Assembly (NCBI RefSeq): GCF_030028105.1
Contig: NC_092389.1
Coordinates: forward strand, 7,613,180 to 7,677,179
Direction: 5' to 3'
Source: Mobula birostris
Taxonomy: Eukaryota
DNA: 64,000 bases
Part shown: piece by piece, positions 24,870 to 36,968 of the stretch
Numbering within the stretch: position 1 is the first letter of the stretch
Layout of the letters: each line of letters starts with the position of its first letter
Notes under the pieces: generated by a model
Database searches by the model: none
The model's input: only the letters and a program-made list of their open reading frames with translations
What the model was told of the DNA's origin: nothing
Program-made: the position numbers and the translations under genes

Positions 24870-25358
24870 ATAGAACATAGAATAGTACAGCACATTACAG
24901 GCCCTTCGGCCCACAATGTTGTGCCAACCCTCAAACTCTGCCTCCCATATAACCCCCCACCTTAAATTCCTCCATATACCTGTCTAGTAGTCTCTTAAAC
25001 TTCACTAGTGTATCTGCTTCCACCACTGACTCAGGCAGTGCATTCCACGCACCAACCACTCTCTGAGTAAAAAACCTTCCTCTAATATCCCCCTTGAACT
25101 TCCCACCCCTTACCTTAAAGCCCTGTCCTCTTGTATTGAGCAGTGGTGCCCTGGGGAAGAGGCGTTGGCTATCCACTCTATCTATTCCTCTTAATATCTT
25201 GTACACCTCTATCATGTCTCCTCTCATCCTCCTTCTCTCCAAAGAATAAAGTCCTAGCTCCCTTAATCTCTGATCATAATGCATACTCTCTAAACCAGGC
25301 AGCATCCTGGTAAATCTCCTCTGTACCCTTTCCAATGCTTCCACATCCTTCCTATAGG
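24870..25358 (-). mobile_element. CR1 3' fragment
   Basis: ORF EALERVQRRFTRMLPGLE...RGRFFTQRVV..WNALPE. Tail (atagaac). Confidence 0.9.
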
Positions 25359-25481
25359 TTATTTATGATTATTTATTGTAATTAACACAATCAACACAAA
25401 GATTAGAAAAGATGGAGTTGATTTGGTTATATTGTCATTGGCCTTAACCCATTTCTAACGCTGTCTTTCTTTTGTCTTTAG

Positions 25482-25544
25482 CATGCATTCTCAGGAACCT
25501 GGAAAACAAATGGCCAGTCTCCTAACCCAGTCAAACAACAATGA
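25482..25544 (+). CDS. JAML: JAML-like terminal coding exon
   Basis: tctttcttttgtctttag|CAT acceptor. Translates HAFSGTWKTNGQSPNPVKQQ-stop, giving TYVTM|H as in mammalian JAML TYMTMH. Confidence 0.7.
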   Translation, partial: HAFSGTWKTNGQSPNPVKQQ

Positions 25545-25856
25545 TACAGCAGGGATATACCCAACAGGTCTAGGGTTGGTCCCTGATGTCTTTCGTTTTG
25601 ATAGTTGGAACTTTGGGGCACTCATCACTCATGATTTTAGTAACACAGGAAACCTATCAACAATTCTTCAAAAACACTTTTGCTAGGAATAGCTTGATAC
25701 ATTTATTTCTTGGCACACTGATTCAAACTTACTTGGCTTTATTGCCTGCAGAAGAAGAGAAACACCTCTGGGTCCAATTTTTACAAACTTCAACCATGGT
25801 GCCTTCAAAGGTATTCTTAAAAACCGTCAAAAATTAGTTCTTTTATTGTATAAATA

Positions 25857-26430
25857 TAAGAGATTCTGCAGATGCTGTAAATCCAGAGTTACACACACAA
25901 AATGCGGGAGAAACTCAGCAGGTCAAGCAACATGGAAATGAACAAAGAGTCAATGTTTTGGGCTGAGACCCTTCATCAGGACTGGAGAGGAAGGGGGACG
26001 ATGCCAGAATAAGAAGTTGGGAGGAGAGGAAGGAGTACATGCTAGAACATGGTAGGTGAAGCCAGGTGAGGAGGAAGGTAGGTGGGTGGGGGAGGAGGAA
26101 TGAAATAAGAAGCTGGGTGGGTATGGGTGGAAAAACTAAAGAGCTGAAGAAGGAGGAATCTGATAGGAGAGGAGAGTGGACCATGGGAGAAAGGGAAGAA
26201 GGAGAGACACCAGAGCAAGGTGATAGGCAGGTAAGGAGAAGAGGTAAGTTGCCAGAGTGGGGAATTGAAGAAGATGGAAGGGAGAGGGCAAAATTAATGG
26301 AAGCTGGAGAAATTGATGTTCATGCCATCAAGTTGGAGGCTACACAAATGGAATATAAGGTGTTGCTCCTCCAACCTGAGAGTGGTTTCATCGTGTCAAA
26401 AGAGGAGGCGGCCATGGAATGACATGTTGG
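25857..26430 (-). mobile_element. Penelope-like 3' terminus with decayed hammerhead (25948-25983); similar single arms at ~33040-33430(+), 42785-43185(+), 45520-45850(-), 48400-48790(-)
   Basis: GIY-YIG C-terminal remnant, polypurine/polypyrimidine UTR, and CTGATGAAGGGTCTCAGCCCAAAACATTGAC. Confidence 0.8.
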
Positions 26431-26797
26431 AATAGGAATTAAAATAGGGCACTAGAGGGAAGGAGGAGGGAGGTTATTGTATAGAAGTTGGGGGAAGAGG
26501 ACACACTGGCTTAAGCTTGTTTGTGTTTCAATAAAAGTTTTTAATCAACTTTCTATTCAATCAGACACTCAAACAAACAAAAATTGTCTTGCTGGCACTC
26601 ATGAGAATTCTAACCTAGAACACAGTTTTTCACTCTTATGTCAATTTGTGCGGATTGTAAGTACTGACTTCAAAGAGGAAGTTGTGTCAGAGCTGCATTA
26701 CAGTCTTGACTTTAGATTTCTCCCCTACCAGAAAGAAAAACTTCCTTTTACGTGACATGCTCTTTAACCTTGGGTCAATTCATGTGTTTTATGATCA

Positions 26798-26803
26798 AAT
26801 AAA
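26798..26803 (+). terminator. Candidate polyadenylation signal of JAML-like gene (alternative AATAAA at 26530)
   Basis: AATAAA followed by GT-rich sequence, 1.25 kb after the stop codon. Confidence 0.25.
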
Positions 26804-29103
26804 TATATTTGAATTGTCTGTATTGTAGACTTCCTGTACACAGCAAGCTCCAGTAATAAGAACAAATAATCTATACCTTAATGTTGCTTGTTCCACGATA
26901 GGTATTGGCAAGGACACAATAGCAAAACATTTATTATGCTTTAATCCTATCAAATTTCTTCACAAGAATGTTAACTAACAAAATAAAGATGGAGGGCTAT
27001 ATAGGAGGGAAGGGTGGTTTGATCTCAGAGTAGGTTAGAAGACTGGTTAGAAGTAGGAAGAATTGTGGGTCAAAGGGCCTGTACTGTGCTGTACTACTCT
27101 ATGTTCTATTTTCTATCAAGTTCCCCTGGGACAGATGGCTGAAAGCTTGGTCAAAGAGATAAAACATATCTTAACTGAGGAGAGAGTGGTAGACAGATTG
27201 CAGGTTTTAGGAATTTGAGAGAATTGCAGCAGATTGAATTGTGACTGATAAAGTGGATGAAGTTGGATGAGTGAAATTAACATGGAGCATTTGGAGCAAT
27301 TATTATGGGAGCTGGTGCAGATACAGAAAGAAAAATTAGAGCGTGACAAGGCCATTGAAGGATTTGAAAACAAGTTAAATATTAAAAATAACACTTTCCT
27401 TAACCATAAGCCAATGTCAGTCAGCATGCAAGAGTCTACATGAAAGGGAATAGATGAGACCACAGGACCATAACCCTATTTCCCTGCAATTAATGCCACA
27501 AGATCATTTATGCATACCTAAAGTTGTAGAAAGTGCTCCCTAGATTATAATTGGATCTGCAGGTATAGCACTTCCTCAGAGTGGCAGTAGAAGAGTGTGC
27601 GCCCATGTGTCTAAAATGATATAAATACACAACCTCTTGACTGAGAATGCTCTTCACAAGGCCTTTAATAACATTTTCCAGCAGCCTCTCCCCTCAAAAG
27701 ATCAGATGTAGCACCACTGCTCTCAATTACATTGGTACTGTTGCAGTCAGATTCTTAATTTAACAAAGTCAATGTAAACCTGCCATCAGAATTTTATTTT
27801 ACAAATAATGGCAGAAGTGAGAGTCAAGGTGTACAGAGAAGGATAAGATTGTAATTATAGAAAAGGAAATGATTCTGCAAAAATAAAATAGCGGAAGTCA
27901 TAGTTGACAAGTCACCATACACACCTGACTGGAGACTGGGTCATGTTGGGGCACTTTTCAATATTAAGTGTATAAATTGTTTTGTGAAAGAGGACATTAA
28001 TGATTTTATTGATGTTATTAACAGTGAATGTAATCCAGATACATTAGGTTTAACCTTGATCTCATCCGATCCATTATTAATGATAATTGAATCCATTATG
28101 AGTCAATGTAATGACCATCAAATAAAGGAACCAAGTCAGGCAGCATCTGTAGAAAGAAAAACAGACAGTGACCCTTCATCAGAACAGGGAAAGAGAAAGA
28201 TGTGAGTGGGTTTTCAGTAGGAGGGAAGGTAAAACAGGAGTCTGTGATACGATGAGTCAAAATGGCAAAGTGGGGACATTGTTCAGCACATTAAGCCACT
28301 GGGCCTGTGAAATGGGTTGTTAGTGATAAGTTCAATAAGGAAAAGCACAACACTGGATAAGCTAAGCAGCATCTGTGGAACGCACTAAATGCTGACGAAA
28401 CTCAATAGGTCAGACAATATCTATGGAAAGGAATATACAGTCGATGTTTTGGGCCAAAACCCTTCATCAGGATGGAACAGGAACAGTTAATGTTTCAGAT
28501 GAGGAACCCTTCGTCAGACCAGACAAAGAGAAACAGTCATTATGGGTAGCAGCAGCCAGAAATGTGGATAAAAAGAAGGGAATTTCTCAGGTAGGTTGAG
28601 CACATTTGGCTAATGGATAAAATACCAGAGATGTACAATTTGTGGCTGATGAGGCTCTGGCATACAGAGATATGTTCAACAGACCAGACAATACACAGAG
28701 TGAAAAAGAAAGAAAGCAATCACTGTGGAACGAGTTCTTCTTTAGATGGGGTGGGGGTAGGGGAATGGGAAGAATATTATCAAAAGTCAGAGTTCAGTAT
28801 CAAGTCCAGGATGTAAAGGAAAGGTGTTATTAAACTGGAAAGATGCAGAAAATATATACAGGGATTTTGCCAGAACTTGAGTTATAGGGGATGTTGGACT
28901 GCCCAGGACTTTATTCCTGGGAACATAGGAGATTGAGAGGTGAGGTCACAAAAGTGTATAAAATTGTGTGGAGCATTGATAGGACTCAGTTTTTCCCCCA
29001 GGGTTTGGGAATCAAGAATTAGAGGGCATAAATTGAAGGTAAGAGGGGATAGATTTAATAGGAAATTGAAGGCCAACTTTTTTTTACACAGAGGGGAGCT
29101 ATA

Positions 29104-30110
29104 CACTTAGTGGCCTCTTTATTAGGTACGCCTGTACACCTGCTCATTAATGCAAATATCTAATCAGCCAACATGTGGTAGCAACTCATTGCATTAAAGC
29201 ATGCAGACATGGTCAAGAGGTTCAGCTGTTCAAAGTTCAAAAACTCAAAGTAAATTTATTAAAGGTACAAATATGTCACAATATACAACATTAAGATTCA
29301 TGTTCTTGTGGACATACTCAACAAGTCTCTAGAATAATAACCATAGCAGGATTAATGAAAGACCGTACCAACTTGGGTGTTAAACCAGTGTGCAAAAGAC
29401 AACAAACTGTGCAAATACAAAACAAAGGGAATAATAATAAATAAGTTAGCAATAAATATCAAGAACATGAGATGAAGAGTCTTTGAAAGTGAGTCGATAG
29501 GTTGTGGGAATATTTCAATGATGGGGCAAGTGAAGTTGAGTGAAATTATCCCCTTTGGTTCAAGAGTAACTGTTCCTGAACCTGGTGGTGTGAGTGCTGA
29601 GGTTCCTGTACCTTCTATTTGATGGCAGCAGCGAGAAGGGAGCATGTCCCGGTGGTGGGGGTCTCTGATGATGGATGCTGATTTTCTTCGACAATGTGCT
29701 CAATGGTGGGGAGGGCTTTACCTATGATGGACTGGGCCATATCCATTACTTTTTGTAGGATTTTCTGTTCAAGGGCATTGGTGTCCCTATACCAGCCTGT
29801 GATTCAGCCAGTCAATATACCCTCCACTACACATCTATAGAAGTTTGTCAAAGTTATAGATGTCCTGCTGAATCGTCGCGAACTCCTAGGGAGGTAGTGA
29901 TACTGTTGAACTTTCTTCGTAATTGCACTTACATGCAGGACAGGTTCAGACCAAACATCAGACTGGGGAAAAACTTTGATCTAAGTGACTTTGACTGTGG
30001 AATAATTGTTGGTGCAAGGCGGGGTGGTTAGTGTATCTCAGAAACTGGCATTCTTCTGGGATTTTCAGGCACAACAGTCTCTAGAGTTTACAGAGGATAG
30101 TATGAAAAAA
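29104..30110 (+). mobile_element. Tc1/mariner fragment interrupted by a Rex/Babar-like LINE tail (~29232-29940, minus)
   Basis: TA+CACTTAGTGGCCTCTTTATTAG end. The Tc1 sequence resumes at gttcagaccaaacatcag (~29943) and matches 9375-9699. Confidence 0.7.
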
Positions 30111-30719
30111 ATCAGAGAATGGGAACTTGGGGAGAATAAGATGGGATTACTATAGGAGTGGTGTAAGTGGTTGAGTGATAGTCTGTCTGGACTTGTTTGT
30201 CCAGATACTGCCCAATCACCTTAGCTTCTCCAGCATTCTGGATTTTCTGGAAAGGTTCTGTGCTGTATCTTTCTATGTCTCTGCACTCTATTCAGGAATA
30301 AAGAGCATTGTTTTGAATCACCTGTTGTGGGCAGTCGGTGGATGGGGAAAGATACATTCACACTGATGTTACTGAAATGGCAGATGGGGAAGATGCAAAT
30401 TGATATGGGAAATAGGACAGTTTGGGCTGGAAACTTGGTAATGAGGAGCAGCCATTAAAGGGAAAAGGGATAGTCAACACAATACACATAGTCGCTAAAG
30501 ATGAGAATATGGGTAGTTATTCATTAAATGTTTAGTAAATAGGGGTGTCAAAATGTTGACTGTTCGTCTCCCTCCATAGATGCTGCCCAGCCTGCTGAGT
30601 TCCTCCAGCATTTTGTCCGTGTGTTGCTCAAGATTACCAGCATCTGCAGATTTTCTCTTGTTCAGCAGTCAATGCGTCCAGGCTTTAGCATCTCATTAGA
30701 CCGAACATTAAAAACATAA

Positions 30720-30837
30720 TCAGAGACGTTTCGGACCGAGCCCCTTCATCAGACTTGGCCCGAAATGTCGACTGTTCATTTCCCTTTATGGATGCTGCTT
30801 GACCTGTTGAGTTCCTCCAGCATTTCTGTGTGCATTG
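30720..30837. mobile_element. Miniature (118-bp) Penelope-like inverted cassette with perfect 13-bp TSD
   Basis: ATTAAAAACATAA at 30707-30719 and 30838-30850. Minus-strand hammerhead core at 30725-30752 abuts a plus-strand half-motif at 30757-30774. Confidence 0.75.
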
Positions 30838-31369
30838 ATTAAAAACATAAATTGTGTACAGCACGGGTAAGGATGATGCAATGGAAGCAAGTCAGATATT
30901 CAATACTTATCCGCTACTGCGATTATTTGCATGTCAGCAAAGAATTCTGTGCAAGTTCGACAGGCATCTGCAAAACCGCAAGGAGGGTTTGATAGAATTA
31001 ATAGGCGAAGGCGATAGAAGATGGAACACTGTGGCTAGTGGTAGTGGCGGGTGGCGGGGATGGGGGGAGAGGAGAGAGGATTCCAGGCAGGGAGGAGAGA
31101 AAGCAAGTAGGAAATAGGCTTCCCAGGCAAGAAGAACCAGCTTATCTTCAGTGAGCTGAGAGGAGGGATTATAAACGATTATATAAAAATAAACTTTGAA
31201 TGGAAAATAAGTTTGTGTATGTCTTATCTTTATAATGTATTAAACATGATACAGTAATAGTCCCTTCAACCGCACCCTACATTTAACCCTTTCATTCTTC
31301 TCCTCCCGTGTAATTGTGCACATTCTGGCATTTATCGATGCTGGTACAGTTTAAATAGTTAATTTGTTA

Positions 31370-31870
31370 GTTTTTTTTCGCACACTCAAGAGCCCAAATA
31401 TGGAGATAAAATATGTGGAGAGTTAAACAATAATAGTTCACGCTGGCAATTTTCCCGTTAATTAAAGCGGACCCAGTTTACATGTGCTGCTTGCTACCCG
31501 GGTGATTTCAGCCCGCGACCTGCGGTACATTCGTTGCTTGGTAAATAGAATCGTTCTTGCCTCTCGCCTCCAGCCCCCTCATCTCTTCCACAGCTCAGAA
31601 TGAACCCTTTCCCATCCTTGCCGACACACATCCAGCCATATTGAACACGGACAAAAACATCCTCTGCCGAGCAGCTTAACGCTCACACTTCCGCACCTCT
31701 CTCCACCGCTGCCTCCTTCATCTCCGCTGTCTCCATCTTTGGGAAATTCACAATGAAAGTCAAAACCAGACCCGTTCTACCCTTCCTCCATTTCGGCTTG
31801 GCCGGGCTGATGCTGCTGTCCAACGGCTTGGGTAAGTTCGAACCATGCATTTTATAAGCTTTCTCGAAAA
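31370..31870 (+). promoter_or_regulatory. CpG-enriched promoter/5'UTR region of SCN2B
   Basis: Visibly CpG-rich, repeat-free segment around the first coding exon, against a CpG-depleted background. Confidence 0.45.
31753..31831 (+). CDS. SCN2B: Sodium channel beta-2 subunit, exon 1 (signal peptide)
   Basis: MKVKTRPVLPFLHFGLAGLMLLSNGL + G|gtaagt. Phase 1 matches the next exon. Confidence 0.8.
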
Positions 31871-34800
31871 AAAGAACGATCTGGGAGGAAGAGAGGGGTG
31901 CGAGTAGGTGGGTGGTGGGAGTGTATAGAGAAGGGGATCTGAGAAGAAAAAACAAGCAAACTAGATATTACCAAATTGCAATCTATCAGCAAAAATAAAT
32001 ATTAAAAACGTTTTCTGTCTGATGTTGGAATATCTAAATTTGCGAATAGCCTGGTCCATATAGCTTCGCAATATCTTAGTTAAATTGTTACGTTTCTATT
32101 TCATTTTTTGCCATATTTACATTTTTATTATTTTTAGATCGTTGTATATGTAATACCTTTTTAGATTCTGTTATCTGAGAGACTGTTGATGTGAGAAATT
32201 AGATTATTTTGCGTACACCCAGACATGGGATGAAATGGAGAGCTTGTGCTTGCTCCGGCTGATAGGAAAAAACTGTCTTCATCCAAGTCACCAGCCTTTC
32301 TCCAGGAAAGCTACCTAGTGCTGCAGTCAGCTGCAATAAAAAAAAGCAAACGCACACTAACTCTTCTCCTTGAATCTTCCTTTGACTGGCCGTGAATGAC
32401 TACATGCTCTGACAGGGTCTCTACAGAAGGAATGAAAGATTAATTCCTGTACCATTGCTAAAATTTGTGCAAGAAAAAAGCGCCGAAATGCCAAATTGAT
32501 CTGTGAAGAGGGAAAATGGTTAATTAAGTATAGCTTCTATCCTCGCCATCACTTTCTTCCTTTCCCGTGTTTCTATATTTGGGAAACTGGCCCGGAAACG
32601 AAATGCCTGTTTATGTTTTCAAATGTAGACCCTTCTGTGGCCCATCCAGGAGAGAGAGATAGTATTGTTACAGAACCATCTGTGGTAAATGTTATTGAGC
32701 TATATGTGCAATCCAGTCTTCAAAGGCACCCCGAGTTCCTCCATTGCTTTGTGATTGCTCCACATTTCCAGCATCTGCAGTATCTTGTAGCTTCAAAGGC
32801 AGGGACAGTTTTTATGGGTCTTCAGGGGAATTTACAATCATTACCCATCTGTGGCTTTCTTCAGTGTTTTTGGGTGTGGCAATTTAGTTGTGGGGTTGTT
32901 ACATCAGGTCCTACCAAGACCTTTTTGAAATGGGGAGGATTTAACATGCAGTGGAGTTGATGTGCCCTGAGTCTATGGGCCAGTTGAAGATGTTCTATTT
33001 TTTACTGACTCATTGCATATAGTGAGTTCTTCTGGACTGGAGAGGGATAGACAGGAAATGGTCCCCTCCTCTTTCCTTTTTCTCCCATGGTTGTTCCTCC
33101 TTCCCACTCTCCAGTCCTATCAGATTCCCTCCTCTTCAGGTATTTACCTCCTTCACCTACAACCTCCCTACTTCTCACTTCATCCCCCCTCCTGCACCGA
33201 CTCATCTTCCCCCTCAGCTGCTCTCATCTATCACCTGCCAGCTTGTACTCCTTCCCTTCCCTCAATCTTCTTATTCTGGCTTCTTTCCCCTTCCTTTCCA
33301 GTTTTGAACCAAAATGTCAATTGTTTATTCCTCTCCATAGGTGCTGCCTGGCCAGCTGAATTTCTCTAGCAGTTCATGTGTGTTCCTCAAGATTTCCAGC
33401 ATCTGCTGTCGGTGCACTTGTGTGTTCTCGTGTTTATGATTTGAACTTTCAAATCTGCCCTCCACTGCAATCACAGTTTTCATCATGCTTTTTGCAGTCT
33501 AAACCTGAAGCACTTACCCTAAACCTCTCCATCATCCTTCCTCTTTAACTAAGCTTTTGGTTATTTGTCCTTGTATTTCTTTCTGTGGAATTGTGTCAAA
33601 TATTTGACAAAGCCCCTGGGAATTAACGGAATATGTGCATCACTGCTAAAAATCTATCTGTCCTATTAACAGGCAGCTTGTGACTAGGTTTGCCTGGCTA
33701 TCCAATTAATCAATTAGCTTTTATAAATAACTTGATGAGATAAAAACAAGTCACTGTAAATTGGTTCACTCTTCCACACTGGTTCACGAGTGTGGAACGA
33801 GTCGCCAGTGGAAGTGATAGATGTACTTCAATTATAACATCCCACGTTCCAAAGGACGGGTTAGTGGATTAATTGGTTTCATAGGCATAATGGGTGGTGT
33901 GGCATTGGGCCAGAAGGGCCTGGTTATTGTGCTGTATCTCTTAATAAATAGATAAACAAGCCGCCAGCGGAAGTGATGGATGCTGGTTCGATTTCAACAT
34001 TTGAGAGAAATTTGGATAGGTACATGGATGGGAGGGTAATGGAGGGGTATCGTCCAGGTATGGGTAGATGCGACTAGGCAAAAGATCAGGTCGGCATGGA
34101 CTAGATGGGCCAATGGGCCTATTCCTGTGCTGTAGTATTCTGTGACTCTTAATGTTAAAGTATAAAAATATGAACATTTTGAAAAAAAATCCAAGGAAGA
34201 AGCACTATTTGTCCCCATGAATCTGTCTCCAAAGTGGTTCAGGTCTGAGGTCTGAGATAATCTAATTTGATGCTCAAAGTGCAGTACTCAGGGAATCATG
34301 TGGTCTTGCAGTCTTTCCAGAGAGATAGTAATTCACAGCTGAATATAAAAAATTCCACTTACTCTTTGGAGAAGAGCACAGAGGTCCGTTCCATGGTTCC
34401 TGGCCAATCATTATATCTTAACTAGCAGCAATAAAACAAAATCGTTTAGAGATTATACCCAGTTATTTGGTTAGTCTATGGTAGTTAATCTAATTTTGGA
34501 AGTAGGGAAGTAACCATGTAGCAATTCCAACGCATTGGGAATGAATATCTAGGCTATTTGATTATTATCACACTCATGTCTACATAACCTTGCTGTGTGC
34601 AAATTAGCTGCTGTGTTTCACTTATAAATTATATTGCAAGCCATCAAGCATTTCGGAATCTCCTGAGGTCAAGGAAAGTACCATAGAAATGGAGACACTT
34701 TTGCAGAAGCTGATAGCAGCTCCATCTGCTGGACATAATCAGCATCTGCGGAGAAAAAAAAACACCAGGTGGAAGGTGCTCAGACTTATTTTCTATTTTT

Positions 34801-35019
34801 TTAAATTTTATTGGGATACAGTGCAGAAATAGGTCCTTTTGGCCTTTGGTGCTGCGACACTGAGCAAACCCCTGATTTAATCCTAGCCTAATCACGGGAT
34901 AAATGTGGCAAATGTTCAGCGGATATTTGTGTGGAGTTCTGCATAGGTACATTCCAATGAGACAGGGAAAGGATGATAGGGTACAGGAACCGTGGTGTAC
35001 AAAGGCTGTTGTAAATCTA

Positions 35020-36968
35020 GTCAACAAGAAGAGAAAAGGTTACGAAAGGCTCTAAAAGCTTGCTACTGATAGAGATCTAGAAGATTATAAGGCTAGCAGG
35101 AAGGAGCTCAAGAAAGAAATTAGGAGAGCCAGAAGGGGTCATGAGAAGGCCTTGGCGGACAGAATTAAGGCAAACCTCAAGGCATTCTACAAGTATGTGA
35201 AGAGCAAGAAGTTAGACATGAGAGAATAGGACCAATCAAGTGTGACAGTGGAAAAGTGTGTATGGAACTGGAGGAAATAGCAGAGGTACTTAATGTATAC
35301 TTTGCTTCAGTATTCACCACGGAAAAGGATCTTGGCAATTGTAGGGATGACTTACAATGGACTGAAAAGCTTGAGCATGTAGATATTAAGAAAGAGGATG
35401 CGCAGAAGCTCTTGGAAAGCATCAAGTTGGATAAGTCACTGGGACTGGATGAGATGTACGCCAGGCTACTGTGGGAGGCGAGGGAGGAGATTGCAGAGCC
35501 TCTGGTGATGATCTTTGCATCATCAGTGGGGACGGGAGAGGTTCCAGAGGATTGGAGGGTTATGGATGTTGTCCCATTATTCAAGAAAGGTAGTAGAGAT
35601 AACCCAGGAAATTATAGACCAGTGAGTCTTACTTCAGTGGTTGGTAAGTTGATGGAAAAGATCCTGAGAGGCAGTATTTATGAACATTTGGAGAGGCATA
35701 ATATGATTAGGCATAGTCAGCATGGCTTTGTCATGGGCACGTCATGCCTTACGAGCCTGATTGAATTTTTTGAGGATGTGACTAAACACATTGATGAAGG
35801 TAGAGCAGTAGATGAAATGTATATGGATTTCAGCAAGGCACTTGATAAGGTACCCCATGCAAGGCTTATTGAGAAAGTAAGGAGGCATGGGATCCAAGGG
35901 ATCCAGAACTGGCTTGCCCACAGAAGACAAAGAGTGGTTGTAGACAGGTCATATTCTGCATGGAGGTCGATCGCCAATAGTGTGCCTCTGGGATCAGTTC
36001 TGGGACCCCTACTCTTCGTGATTTGTATAAATTTCCTGGATGAAGAAGTGGAGGGATGGGTTAGTAAATTTGCTAATGACACAAAGTTTGGAGGTGTTGT
36101 TTAGTAGTGTGGAGGGCTGTCAGAGGTTACAGTGGGATGCAAAACTGGGCTGAGAAGTGGCAGATGGAGTTCAACCCAGATAAGTGTGAAGTGGTTCATT
36201 TTGGTAGGTCAAATATGATGCCAGAATGTAGTATTAATGGTAAGACTCTTGACAGTGTGGAAGATCAGAGGGATCTTGGGGTCCAAGTCCATAGAACACT
36301 CAAGGCTGCTGTGCAAGTTGACTCTGTGGTTAAGAAAGCATACGGTGCATTAGCCTTCATCAATCGTGGGATTGAGTTTAGGAGCCAAGAGATAATGTGG
36401 CAGCTATATAGGACCCTGGTCAGACCCCACTTGGAGTACTGTGCTCAGTTCTGGTCGCCTCATGATAGGAAGGATGTGGAAACTATAGAAAGGGTACAGA
36501 GGAGACTTACAAGGATGTTGCCTGGATTGAGGAGCATGCCTTATGAGAATAGGTCGAGTGAACTCATCCTTTTTTCCTTGGAGCGATGGAGGATGAGAGG
36601 TGACCTGATAGAGGTGTATAAGTTGATGAGAGGCATTGATCGTGTGGATAGTCAGAGGCTTTTTCCCAGGGCTGAAATGGCTAGCATGAGAGGGCATAGT
36701 TTTAAGGTGCTTGGAAGTTGGTACAGAGGAGATATCAGGGGTAAGTTTTTTTTACACAGACGGTGGTGAGTGCGTGGAATGGGCTACCAGCGACAATGGT
36801 GGAGGTGGATATGATAGGGTCTTTTAAGAGACTCCTGGACAGGTATATGAAGCTCAGAAAAATAGAGGGCTATGGGTAACCCTAGGTAATTTCTCAGGTA
36901 AGGACATGTTTGGCACAGCTTTGTGGGCCGAAGGGCCTGTATTGTGCTGTAGGTTTTCTATGCTTCTA
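35020..36968 (+). mobile_element. CR1 LINE, 5'-truncated ORF2
   Basis: ORFs 35256-36104 and 36107-36769 contain NYRPVSLTSVVGK, YMDFSKALDKVPH, GSVLGPLLF and PHLEYCAQFWSPH. Confidence 0.93.

Noticed and set aside
25483-25686. Track ORF MHSQEPGK... as the terminal exon frame
   Set aside because: The phase-0 junction from the YVTM exon selects the frame starting at 25482 (HAFSG...), which stops at 25544.
31370-31870. REST/NRSE site in the SCN2B promoter
   Set aside because: No adequate match to TTCAGCACCnnGGACAG found by eye.
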